From: Erysipelotrichaceae bacterium MTC7
GTDB lineage: Bacteria > Bacillota_I > Bacilli_A > Erysipelotrichales > Erysipelotrichaceae
DNA: 32,000 nt
Direction of reading: 5' to 3'
Assembly (NCBI GenBank): GCA_001695645.1
Contig: LVZN01000045.1
Coordinates: 60,001 to 92,000 of the forward strand
Part shown: one piece after another, positions 8,345 to 20,006 of the stretch
Numbering within the stretch: position 1 is the first letter of the stretch
Layout: the number at the start of each line of letters is the position of its first letter
Translations under genes and position numbers: made by a program
Notes under the pieces: model-generated
The model's database searches: none
Seen by the model: only the letters and a program-made list of their open reading frames with translations
Told to the model about the DNA's origin: nothing

Positions 8345-10393
8345 CTATACAATATCAATGTTGTTTTTAAATAATATATTTAATTCATCACTGATTGTCT
8401 TTTCTTTCTTTTCTTCTTGTTTTATTTCAAAAGAAATTGGTTCTGGTAAATTGTTTGTTTTATAACGTGTTTTAAACTCATCAATAACTCTTGAGGATTG
8501 TGTACTTGTAATCGCAAATACCTTTTTTTGACTTTGGAATAGTTCTTTCACCAATCCGTTAAATTCATTTTGTTCATCTAGTTCATTTATTTCTTTTGCA
8601 AGAGGTAATGATGCTACTTCGAATAAGGTATATGTCGTTGCACTTGCAATAATAGATGCATGTTTTAGCATATTTGCAGCTTTTGCAACTTGCATATCTA
8701 AATTTGAACAATAACTTGAAATATATTTCATTTGTTCATTTTCTTGTTCGCGAATTGGTTTCTTTGCACCAACAAGTAAACGTAGAACAAATTCATCATC
8801 TAAATTCATTTTCTTAATTTCTTTTGGTTTGACTTCTAGTTCATTCGCTTCATCAATAAACTGTTGATCACTTGGTTCATTCAATGAAATGCTCGGTGCA
8901 TCAGTTTCTATTGACGATTGTGTTGAATCCATCATTGACATACTTGTTTGTTCATTTGTTTTCAATTCTGGTTCATTTATTTCTTGAACCTCTGATGTTT
9001 GTACAATTGGTTCTATTGATGCTTCTATTTCTTTTGGAAAACGATCTTCTTGCGTATCTGGTGACAAGACAAGTTCTGTTTCATCAATACCACCTTCTAA
9101 TACTGGAATTGATTCCTCTTCTGTATAATCAATGGTTTCATCTACATTTTCAATTTTTGTTGGTTCAACACGTTCTATTTGTGGATGTATCACCTCTTTT
9201 GTTTCAACATCGACCATTGGTGTCACCGTTTGTAATTGATCAGGTGCAATGGTTGTCACTTGTCCTTGTGTTTCAACTTCGACCGGTTTTGCATTAAGTG
9301 TTTCTTCATATGTTCCACGTGGAACAATTTTCATAATTTTTAGTAATGCAACTTCTAAATATAAGATGATTGTCGAAGCATTCCGATATTTATCATAACT
9401 ATCCATTAAAATATCAATAACTTCCAAACTGTGTTCCGTTGTTATCTTTCTGGATAACATAGAAACTTCTTCTTTATCCATTCTTGCTAACAAGGAAACA
9501 TCCCTTGTATAATCATAAATCACTTTTTCCTTGAGAATTTCAATCATATCGTTTGTTAAGCGTTTAATATCAATTCCCCTGCTATCTAAAGCTTCGATTG
9601 TTTGCATTAATCTTGCTGTATCATGAGCAATGAGTAAATAAAACAAATCCAAAATCTCTTTCGTTGTAATGATTCCATATATTTCAAACACTTCGGACTT
9701 TTTAATGTGATTTGGAGAGTATGCGTATACTTGATCTAGTATACTTAATGCATCACGCATTCCCCCATCAGCAAGTTCTGCAATGGTTTCTAAAACACCA
9801 GGTTCTACATCAATTTGTTCTTTACCAACAATGTATTCCAAACGTTTCACAATGTCCTTGTTTGATACTTTAAAAAAATCAAAACGCTGTGTTCTTGAAA
9901 TAATTGTAGGCAATACTTTATATGGTTCCGTCGTTGCTAGAATAAAAATAACATGAGCAGGAGGCTCTTCAATTGTTTTTAATAAAGCGTTATACGCACC
10001 TTGAGTCATCATATGGACCTCATCAATGATATACACTTTATATTTACCTTTTATTGGTGCATATTTAACTTTTTCAATTAAATTACGAACTTCTTCAACC
10101 CCATTATTACTTGCCGCATCAATTTCAACAATATCTGGGTGAACTCCTTCTAGGTCTGTTTTACAATTATCACACATCCCACATGGTTTCAAATCACCTG
10201 TACAGTTCACTGCGCGTGCGAATATTTTAGCAGTTGATGTTTTTCCAGTTCCTCTTGGACCTGTGAATAAGTAAGCATGTGCAATTTTATGATTATCGAT
10301 TGCATTTTGTAACGTTTTAATGATATGTCGTTGCCCTGCCATATCTTCAAAATTTTCTGGTCTATAGGTTCTATACAATGCTTTATATGCCAT
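8345..10393 (-). CDS. dnaX: DNA polymerase III subunit gamma/tau
   Basis: 682 aa. It has an AAA+ clamp-loader N-terminus (GPRGTGKTS Walker A, DEVHM, zinc module CxxCxxC), followed by a long acidic low-complexity linker and a C-terminal domain. Confidence 0.95.
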   Translation of the reverse strand: MAYKALYRTYRPENFEDMAGQRHIIKTLQNAIDNHKIAHAYLFTGPRGTGKTSTAKIFARAVNCTGDLKPCGMCDNCKTDLEGVHPDIVEIDAASNNGVEEVRNLIEKVKYAPIKGKYKVYIIDEVHMMTQGAYNALLKTIEEPPAHVIFILATTEPYKVLPTIISRTQRFDFFKVSNKDIVKRLEYIVGKEQIDVEPGVLETIAELADGGMRDALSILDQVYAYSPNHIKKSEVFEIYGIITTKEILDLFYLLIAHDTARLMQTIEALDSRGIDIKRLTNDMIEILKEKVIYDYTRDVSLLARMDKEEVSMLSRKITTEHSLEVIDILMDSYDKYRNASTIILYLEVALLKIMKIVPRGTYEETLNAKPVEVETQGQVTTIAPDQLQTVTPMVDVETKEVIHPQIERVEPTKIENVDETIDYTEEESIPVLEGGIDETELVLSPDTQEDRFPKEIEASIEPIVQTSEVQEINEPELKTNEQTSMSMMDSTQSSIETDAPSISLNEPSDQQFIDEANELEVKPKEIKKMNLDDEFVLRLLVGAKKPIREQENEQMKYISSYCSNLDMQVAKAANMLKHASIIASATTYTLFEVASLPLAKEINELDEQNEFNGLVKELFQSQKKVFAITSTQSSRVIDEFKTRYKTNNLPEPISFEIKQEEKKEKTISDELNILFKNNIDIV

Positions 10394-10450
10394 TTGCCAT
10401 ACCCTCTTTCTCTAGTCTTAATTATAACAAAATAAACTGTGCTACACTAT

Positions 10451-10484
10451 AAAAAAGACACGACATTTATGTGTTGTCGTATCT
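10451..10484 (-). terminator. Rho-independent terminator after tadA
   Basis: Minus strand reads AGATACGACA-loop-TGTCGTGTCT followed by TTTTTTAT, immediately after the tadA stop at 10485. Confidence 0.65.
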
Positions 10485-10937
10485 TTACTTCTTTAACCTT
10501 TTCTCTTTGAAATAATCCTTTAATAACATACTACATTCTTCTGCTAAAACACCTGAAGTATAGGATGGATAATGATTATATCCTTGTTGATCAAACATAG
10601 AGAAACTACTAACGATAGAGCCACCCTTATGATCACTTGCACCAAATACAACACGATCAACCCTTGATAAAATACTAGCACCTGAACACATGGGACATGG
10701 TTCTAGTGTGACGTATAAAGTACATCCTTCAAGTCTCCAACTATGAAGTTGTTTACACGCTTCATTTATCGCAAGTATTTCCGCATGTGCGGTTGCAAGT
10801 TGTTCATGCTCTCTTAAATTATGTGCACGTGCAATAATCTTGTCATCTTTTACAATGATTGCTCCAATTGGCACTTCATCCATTGCATAGGCCTTCTTTG
10901 CTTCAGCAATTGCTTCTTTCATATATATTTGATCCAT
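10485..10937 (-). CDS. tadA: tRNA-specific adenosine deaminase
   Basis: Start moved to ATG 10937 (MDQIYMKEAIAEAKKA), preceded by GGAGAAATACA. It carries the deaminase motifs HAE and PCPMCSGA. The longer ORF-track start would overlap the SRP RNA. Confidence 0.9.
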   Translation of the reverse strand: MDQIYMKEAIAEAKKAYAMDEVPIGAIIVKDDKIIARAHNLREHEQLATAHAEILAINEACKQLHSWRLEGCTLYVTLEPCPMCSGASILSRVDRVVFGASDHKGGSIVSSFSMFDQQGYNHYPSYTSGVLAEECSMLLKDYFKEKRLKK

Positions 10938-10957
10938 TGTATTTCTCCAAAGAATAA

Positions 10958-11045
10958 TAAAAGCTACCACACACAATAGAGCTTCCATATGGCTGCTTCG
11001 TTCCCGACCTGACCAAGTTAGTTAGATATTGTTGCAGTAGCAAGA
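10958..11045 (-). ncRNA. ffs: Small (4.5S-type) signal recognition particle RNA
   Basis: Minus strand reads GGTCAGGTCG-GGAA-CGAAGCAGCC. This matches the universally conserved SRP helix-8 motif and GGAA tetraloop (E. coli 4.5S: GGUCAGGUCC-GGAA-GGAAGCAGCC). The 5' GCTACTGCAACAATA pairs with the 3' TATTGTGTGTGGTAGC, followed by a U-rich tail. Ends are approximate. Confidence 0.8.
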
Positions 11046-11048
11046 CTA

Positions 11049-11077
11049 ATTATACCCAAAGTACTATATTTTTACAA
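11049..11077 (-). promoter_or_regulatory. Strong sigma-A-type promoter for the SRP RNA
   Basis: Minus strand reads TTGTAA, a 17-nt spacer, then TATAAT, placed about 5-7 nt upstream of the predicted SRP RNA 5' end. Confidence 0.6.
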
Positions 11078-11291
11078 GTACTTAGAAAAACTAATTCTGT
11101 AAATAATGTTCCACGTGAAACATTTACAAAAGATTCTTTTCAAGTACTAAAATGTATTATTGAACATCACTATCAATTTTCAGATTTCTTGCTTATTGAG
11201 TTTATAATATTACCAAAATAACAAACGTTTTGTTAATTTAATCACGTGTAGCAAGATATAAGTATCCTCGAACACCTCTATTCATAAAAAT

Positions 11292-12578
11292 CTACTTAAC
11301 AGGTACTAAACGTTTCTTACCACCCATGTATGGTTGTAAAGCAACAGGTACATTAATTGAACCATCTTCATTTAAATTGTTTTCTAACAATGCAATTAAC
11401 ATACGTGGTGGTGCTACAACCGTATTATTAAGGGTATGCGCAAAATACTTACCATCTTTACCATTCACACGAATTTTTAAACGACGTGCTTGGGCATCAG
11501 ATAAATTTGAACAACTACCTACTTCAAAATATTTCTGTTGTCTTGGTGACCAAGCTTCGACATCAATACTTTTTGTTTTTAAATCAGCTAAATCTCCAGA
11601 ACAACATTCAAGTGTGCGGACAGGTACATCTAGGTTACGGAATAACTCGACCGTGTATTTGTACATTTTTTCAAACCAAATTGGACTTTCTTCTGGTTCA
11701 CAAACGACAATCATTTCTTGTTTTTCAAATTGGTGGATACGGTAAACACCACGTTCTTCAATTCCGTGTGCACCCTTTTCTTTTCTAAAACATGGTGAAT
11801 AACTTGTATATGTTTTCGGTAAGGTTTTTTCATCAATAATCGTATCGATAAATTTACCAATCATACTGTGTTCACTTGTTCCAATTAGATATAAGTCTTC
11901 ACCTTCAATTTTATACATCATAGATTCCATTTCCGCAAAACTCATAACTCCTGTTACAACATTGCTACGGATCATAAATGGTGGAATACAGTAGGTAAAG
12001 CCTTTATCAATCATAAAATCACGTGCATAACTAATTGCTGCAGATTGTAAACGTGCCATATCACCTTCTAAATAATAGAATCCATTACCTGCAACTTTAC
12101 GCGCTGAATCTAAATCAATACCATCAAAGCGTTCCATGATATCTGTATGATAAGGAATTTCAAATGAAGGAACAACTGGTTCACCATATCGCTCTACTTC
12201 AACGTTTTCGCTATCATCTTTACCAATTGGTACAGTTGGATCAATCATGTTAGGAATCACCATCATTATATCAAGTACTTTCTTTTGTACTTCTTCTTCA
12301 CGTGCTTCCAATGTAGCAAGTTCATCTGCCATTGCTTGTACATCTTTTTTTACTTCTTCAGCTTTATCACGTTTACCATCTTTCATGAGTAGACCAATTT
12401 CTTTGCTCAATTTATTACGCTGAGCACGCAATTCATCAGCTCTTGTTTGCGTCTCACGACTTTCTTTATCAAGTATAATTATTTCATCAACAAGTGGTAA
12501 CTTATTATCTTGAAATTTTTTCTTAATATTCTCTTTAACCGCTTCTGGATTTTCTCTTAAAAACTTAATATCAATCAT
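11292..12578 (-). CDS. serS: Serine--tRNA ligase
   Basis: 428 aa, with N-terminal coiled-coil arm and class II core (motif-2/3-like FRKEKGAHG...GVYRIHQFEKQE, SCSNLSDAQARRL). RBS is AGAGGAGA. Confidence 0.97.
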   Translation of the reverse strand: MIDIKFLRENPEAVKENIKKKFQDNKLPLVDEIIILDKESRETQTRADELRAQRNKLSKEIGLLMKDGKRDKAEEVKKDVQAMADELATLEAREEEVQKKVLDIMMVIPNMIDPTVPIGKDDSENVEVERYGEPVVPSFEIPYHTDIMERFDGIDLDSARKVAGNGFYYLEGDMARLQSAAISYARDFMIDKGFTYCIPPFMIRSNVVTGVMSFAEMESMMYKIEGEDLYLIGTSEHSMIGKFIDTIIDEKTLPKTYTSYSPCFRKEKGAHGIEERGVYRIHQFEKQEMIVVCEPEESPIWFEKMYKYTVELFRNLDVPVRTLECCSGDLADLKTKSIDVEAWSPRQQKYFEVGSCSNLSDAQARRLKIRVNGKDGKYFAHTLNNTVVAPPRMLIALLENNLNEDGSINVPVALQPYMGGKKRLVPVK

Positions 12579-12597
12579 CTTTTTATCTCCTCTTTTT

Positions 12598-12805
12598 TAA
12601 TAAAAAAAGAAGAGTGGCATTCCTAAAGGGGCGCTATCCAGCGCGTTGCCACCCTTCTTCAACTATACAGTCCTTAAAGTTATAACGGTACTACCGGATT
12701 TAGTTACTTAATTCGCTAAATCGCTCAAAGGTTGATTTCTTCGGGTTTACTGTTAGTTTTCACCAACCACTAACTCTCTATAAGTAAATGACCAAATACT
12801 TATCC
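12598..12805 (-). promoter_or_regulatory. T-box tRNA-sensing leader controlling serS
   Basis: The minus strand contains AGAGAG plus a GGTGAAA-type stem I element. It also has the T-box sequence AGGGTGGCAACGCGCTGG and a terminator (AAGAAGGGTGGCA...TGCCACTCTTCTT plus TTTTTTT) whose 5' arm overlaps the T-box (antiterminator/terminator competition). Candidate specifier: UCA within GAAAUCAAC. Confidence 0.8.
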
Positions 12806-12830
12806 TTATCATCGCGTTAATCTATTTATA

Positions 12831-15341
12831 TCATTCCTCGGTTTTGTTGTCTAGGTCTTCAAGAACTTTTTCAACGACAGTTTCTTCTAATTCTTCTAAA
12901 ACTTCATCAGTTTCTTCATTTTCTTGTTTAGCAACTGGAGCTACTCTTGCAACTTTCTCATCATCAGCTACATTAATTAATTTCACACCTTGCGTATTAC
13001 GACCATAAACACCAACATTTTCTAATGAAATACGTATGATAATACCTTGATCTGTAATAATCATGACATCTTCATCGCCATTTACTGCACGTACAGCAAC
13101 TAAATTACCTGTTTTTTCAGTAATGTTGATGGTTTTTACACCCTTTGTTCCTCTGCTTGTGAGACGATATTCGTCCATATCGGTACGTTTTCCGTATCCA
13201 TTTTCACTAACAGAAAGAATGTACTTACCTTCTTCACTCGTTGCCATACCAACAACAATGGATCCATCAACGTTGAATCCACGAACCCCACTAGCTGTAC
13301 GACCCATTGGACGAACTTGGTTTTCATTGAAACGAACAGCTTTACCATTGCTTCCAGCAATTAAGATTTCATTATCACCATTGGTTTGACGAACACCGAC
13401 AAGTTCATCACCTTCACGTAATGTGATGGCAATTTTACCGTTTTGACGAATCGAATAGAATTCTTGTTCATCAACACGTTTAACCAATCCATTTTTTGTC
13501 ACAAAGAATAAATACTTCATATCAGATTCCGTTTTCACTGGAATCATTGCACGTATTTTTTCACCTTCATTAAGGTTTAGTAAATTAACAACTGGAATTC
13601 CTTTTGAAGTCCTAGTTCCACTTGGTACTTTGTAACCTTTCATACGATATACACGTCCTAGGTTAGAGAATAATAGTAAATAATCATGTGTAGACATGGT
13701 GATTAACATATCAATAACATCATCTTCATTCATATTCATACCTTTGACACCACGTCCACCACGGTTTTGCGTACGGTATGTATCAATTGGAATACGTTTA
13801 ATGTATCCCGTTTCTGTCATCGAAATTACAATATCTTCGACTGGTATTAAATCTTCATCTTCAATATCTATGCCTTCATCACTAATCTCAGTACGACGTT
13901 CATCTCCGTATTTTTCTTTGATTTCAGTAAGTTCATCACAAATGATCGTTAATACACGATCATGATTTGCTAAAATATCTTTTAAGTCAGTAATGGTAAT
14001 TAACAATTCATTGTATTCATTTTCAATACGTTCTCTTTGCAATCCTGTCAAACGACGAAGTTGCATTTCAAGAATCGCACGTGCTTGAATTTCTGATAAT
14101 TCAAATTTATCCATCAAACCATTTCTTGCGGTTTCATCATCTTTTGAATTACGAATCAAGGTAATAATCGCATCAATGTTATCCAATGCAATTTTTAAAC
14201 CTTCTAAGATATGCGCACGTTCTTCAGCTTTACGTAAATCAAAACGAGTTCTACGTTCAATGACTTCAATTTGATGTGTAATGTAGTGTTCTAGTGCTTC
14301 TTTAATGTTTAATTGCTTAGGAGCACCATTAACAAGTGCTAAGAAGTTTACTCCAAATGAACTTTGTAAAGGGGTTAAACGATACAGTTGATTTAACACG
14401 ATATCTGGTTGTACATCTTTACGTAATTCAATAACAATACGAACTCCATCACGGTTACTTTCATCACGTAGTTCCGTAATTCCTTCAATTGCCTTATCAC
14501 GAACAAGTTCAGCAATCTTTTTAATCAAACTTGACTTGTTAACTTGGTAAGGAATTTCATTAAAGATAAAACGTGTTTTTCCATTACTTTTTTCTTCAAT
14601 ATTTACTTTGGCACGAGTAATGATACTACCGCGTCCAGTTTCAAATGCTTGTTTAATTCCACTTCTTCCTAAAATCACACCACCTGTAGGGTAATCTGGT
14701 CCAAAGATGTGGTTTTCCATTAATTCCATAATCGTAATTTCAGGATTACGAATGATGGCAATGGTTGCATCAATTGTTTCAGTTAAGTTGTGTGGTGGAA
14801 TGTTCGTTGCCATACCTACAGCAATTCCCATTGAACCATTTACAACTAAGTTAGGAAACTTTGATGGCAATACTGCTGGTTCTTTTTCTTCACCATCGTA
14901 GTTAGGAATAAAATCTACAGTATCCTTATTGATATCTTTTACCAATTCCATCGCGATTTTTGACATACGTGCTTCGGTATAACGCATCGCTGCCGCTCCA
15001 TCCCCATCCATTGATCCAAAGTTACCATGACCTTGAACTAACGGATAACGATATGAGAAATCTTGTGCCATACGAACCATTGCTTCATAAATAGAAGAGT
15101 CACCATGAGGGTGATATTTCCCCATAACATCCCCAACGATTCTCGCACTTTTCTTATATGGTTTATCTGAATACATTCCTTGCTCATTCATACCATGAAT
15201 AATACGACGATGAACAGGTTTCATTCCATCTCGTACATCTGGCAAGGCACGTGAAACAATGACAGACATTGAATAGTCAAGGAAACTCTTTCGCATGTCT
15301 GTAACAATGTCTAACTGTCTTACTTTATTATTATCATCCAT
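12831..15341 (-). CDS. gyrA: DNA gyrase subunit A
   Basis: 836 aa. Active-site region AAMRYTE, QRDR-like [12 protein letters not shown], beta-pinwheel C-terminal repeats, acidic tail. Confidence 0.98.
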   Translation of the reverse strand: MDDNNKVRQLDIVTDMRKSFLDYSMSVIVSRALPDVRDGMKPVHRRIIHGMNEQGMYSDKPYKKSARIVGDVMGKYHPHGDSSIYEAMVRMAQDFSYRYPLVQGHGNFGSMDGDGAAAMRYTEARMSKIAMELVKDINKDTVDFIPNYDGEEKEPAVLPSKFPNLVVNGSMGIAVGMATNIPPHNLTETIDATIAIIRNPEITIMELMENHIFGPDYPTGGVILGRSGIKQAFETGRGSIITRAKVNIEEKSNGKTRFIFNEIPYQVNKSSLIKKIAELVRDKAIEGITELRDESNRDGVRIVIELRKDVQPDIVLNQLYRLTPLQSSFGVNFLALVNGAPKQLNIKEALEHYITHQIEVIERRTRFDLRKAEERAHILEGLKIALDNIDAIITLIRNSKDDETARNGLMDKFELSEIQARAILEMQLRRLTGLQRERIENEYNELLITITDLKDILANHDRVLTIICDELTEIKEKYGDERRTEISDEGIDIEDEDLIPVEDIVISMTETGYIKRIPIDTYRTQNRGGRGVKGMNMNEDDVIDMLITMSTHDYLLLFSNLGRVYRMKGYKVPSGTRTSKGIPVVNLLNLNEGEKIRAMIPVKTESDMKYLFFVTKNGLVKRVDEQEFYSIRQNGKIAITLREGDELVGVRQTNGDNEILIAGSNGKAVRFNENQVRPMGRTASGVRGFNVDGSIVVGMATSEEGKYILSVSENGYGKRTDMDEYRLTSRGTKGVKTINITEKTGNLVAVRAVNGDEDVMIITDQGIIIRISLENVGVYGRNTQGVKLINVADDEKVARVAPVAKQENEETDEVLEELEETVVEKVLEDLDNKTEE

Positions 15342-15354
15342 TACAAGCCCCTCC

Positions 15355-18364
<3,010 letters not shown>

Positions 18365-18368
<4 letters not shown>

Positions 18369-18568
18369 ACAATGATAAACGACTGTCCATCCACATCTAC
18401 AGTATCTTGGCGATAGAGCTTTCTACCACGACGATTTTCTGCTTCGCCATTGACTTGGATATCCATTTCTTTTACGGCAAACTTTGCTTCACCACCACTG
18501 CTAATTAAATCAGCAAGTTTTAGAAATTGTCCAAGTGTAACATATTCGGTTTCAATCTTAATTTCCAT
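18365..18568 (-). CDS. yaaA: S4-domain RNA-binding protein YaaA
   Basis: Start moved to ATG 18568 (MEIKIETEYVTLGQFLK), preceded by GGAGATAAATCT. This is the conserved small S4-like protein found between dnaN and recF in Firmicutes. Confidence 0.85.
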
Positions 18569-18703
18569 AGATTTATCTCCATTTTCCACCTAGAATATTA
18601 TACCATATATATCTAAAAATAGGTAAACAAATAATAGTGACACGCTCATATACACCCTTAAAACGCTCTCTATTCAATTTTTAGGGAAAACTAAGATTTC
18701 TAT

Positions 18704-18735
18704 AATTAAAAAAAACGCCCCTCAAAAGGCGTTTT
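18704..18735 (-). terminator. Rho-independent terminator after dnaN
   Basis: Minus strand reads AAAACGCC-TTTTGAGG-GGCGTTTT followed by a T-run. Confidence 0.7.
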
Positions 18736-18737
18736 AC

Positions 18738-19856
18738 TTACAGATAGGTACGAACTGGTAAAACCAATTGCAATACTTCTTCATTTTCATCACTTTGAAT
18801 AATAAATGGTTTCATGTCTCCAGAGAATCTAAAAATGATTTTTTCTGCCTGAATGGCACGAATGGCTTCAAACACGTATCGACCATTAAATGAAATCGCT
18901 AATGGTTCACCTGTGAAATTCGCTGTTTTTAAAATTTCTGTCGCTGATCCAATATCTTGTGATTTAGTTGAAAGAATACTTTCATTTCCATTTAGTTCTA
19001 ATTTAATGATGTTAATTCCATCATTTTTAATAAAGCTTACTCGATCAATCGCACTTAAAATGTCTCGAGTTTCTAATTCGAGTTCATATTGGAACTGTTC
19101 TGGAATTAACTTATTTGTATCTGGGAAACTTCCTTCAATCAAGCGTGTTTGAATTAGCGTATCATCAAAGATGAATTGTACTTTTTTATTAGATACATAT
19201 ACTTGAATTTCTTGATCATCATCAAGTGACTTTAATAGTTCATTCAGGGATTTAGATGGAATGATGATGTTGTAGTCAATTGCACTATCAATCGTAAATG
19301 ATGTTTTCGCTAAACGGTAGCTATCCGTTGCTGTACAATCCACTTTACCATCATGCATATGAACATTGATCCCATTTAAATATGGACGGTTATCTTTATC
19401 ACTTGTTGCAAATAATGTTTGATGTAAAACAGATTTTAATTTCATCGTAGAAATGGTAAAGAAATCTTCACCTTTTGAAAAATCAATTACTGGATATTCA
19501 TTTGCATATATACCAATAATATTAAATTCACTTGTTTCATCATAAATTTTAACATTAACACCATCTGCTACTTCAATTGAAATAATATCTGTATCCATTT
19601 TACGGACGATATCTAGAATGTATTTTGCTTCAATTACAATCGAACCGGTTTGTTCAATTTCTAAGAATGTTTCATCTCTTTTTGAAATATAGTTTTTAAT
19701 TGAAATATCTGAATCTGAAGCCATCAAACAAATCTCATTTTCTGTAACATCAAATTTAATACCTGAGAATGCAGGTAATGGAGAATAATTTGAAATCGCA
19801 CGACTTACGACATTCAACTTAGTAAGCAATTGCTTTTTATCAACTTTAAAAAACAT
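18738..19856 (-). CDS. dnaN: DNA polymerase III beta sliding clamp
   Basis: 372 aa, three-domain clamp, canonical position after dnaA, C-terminus LPVRTYL-like. Confidence 0.97.
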   Translation of the reverse strand: MFFKVDKKQLLTKLNVVSRAISNYSPLPAFSGIKFDVTENEICLMASDSDISIKNYISKRDETFLEIEQTGSIVIEAKYILDIVRKMDTDIISIEVADGVNVKIYDETSEFNIIGIYANEYPVIDFSKGEDFFTISTMKLKSVLHQTLFATSDKDNRPYLNGINVHMHDGKVDCTATDSYRLAKTSFTIDSAIDYNIIIPSKSLNELLKSLDDDQEIQVYVSNKKVQFIFDDTLIQTRLIEGSFPDTNKLIPEQFQYELELETRDILSAIDRVSFIKNDGINIIKLELNGNESILSTKSQDIGSATEILKTANFTGEPLAISFNGRYVFEAIRAIQAEKIIFRFSGDMKPFIIQSDENEEVLQLVLPVRTYL

Positions 19857-19861
19857 GTTGG

Positions 19862-20006
19862 ACCCCCTGTTTGTATAATAATTTTTTAAAATAGTATTAC
19901 TACTAGTGTGTGGAAAACCTTAAAAAGTAAAAAATAATAAGTATTCATCATACTTTTTCGTGATTTTCGACTGTTTGTTAAAAAGGTAAAATTTTGTGGA
20001 TTACAT
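19862..20006 (-). other. oriC part 2 (dnaA-dnaN intergenic): two DnaA boxes, DnaA-trio-like tract and AT-rich putative unwinding element
   Basis: TGTGGATTA at 19995-20003 and TGTGGAAAA at 19909-19917. The latter box is followed, after two nucleotides and in dnaA-to-dnaN direction, by CTA GTA GTA ATA CTA (19892-19906), then TTTTAAAAAATTATTATACA. Confidence 0.65.

Noticed and set aside
8522-8530. In-frame A AAA AAG slippery heptamer in dnaX (CAA AAA AAG GTA, residues SQKKV), identical to the E. coli dnaX -1 frameshift signal
   Set aside because: It lies only about 60 codons from the C-terminus. A -1 shift would remove just the extreme end rather than the tau-specific domains. I see no obvious downstream stimulatory stem-loop. 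A-rich runs are expected by chance in this AT-rich genome.
8872-9297. Plus-strand 141-aa ORF inside dnaX
   Set aside because: It is the antisense product of the low-complexity acidic linker of DnaX. It is leucine- and valine-rich and has no translation signals.
10938-10988. N-terminal extension of the tadA ORF (MEALLCVVAFIILWRNT...)
   Set aside because: The extension overlaps the SRP RNA. The internal ATG at 10937 has a proper RBS and gives a normal TadA N-terminus.
11229-11279. Possible 15-codon mini-ORF (MNRGVRGYLYLATRD) right after serS
   Set aside because: It has no RBS, no recognisable function, and is too short to distinguish from chance.
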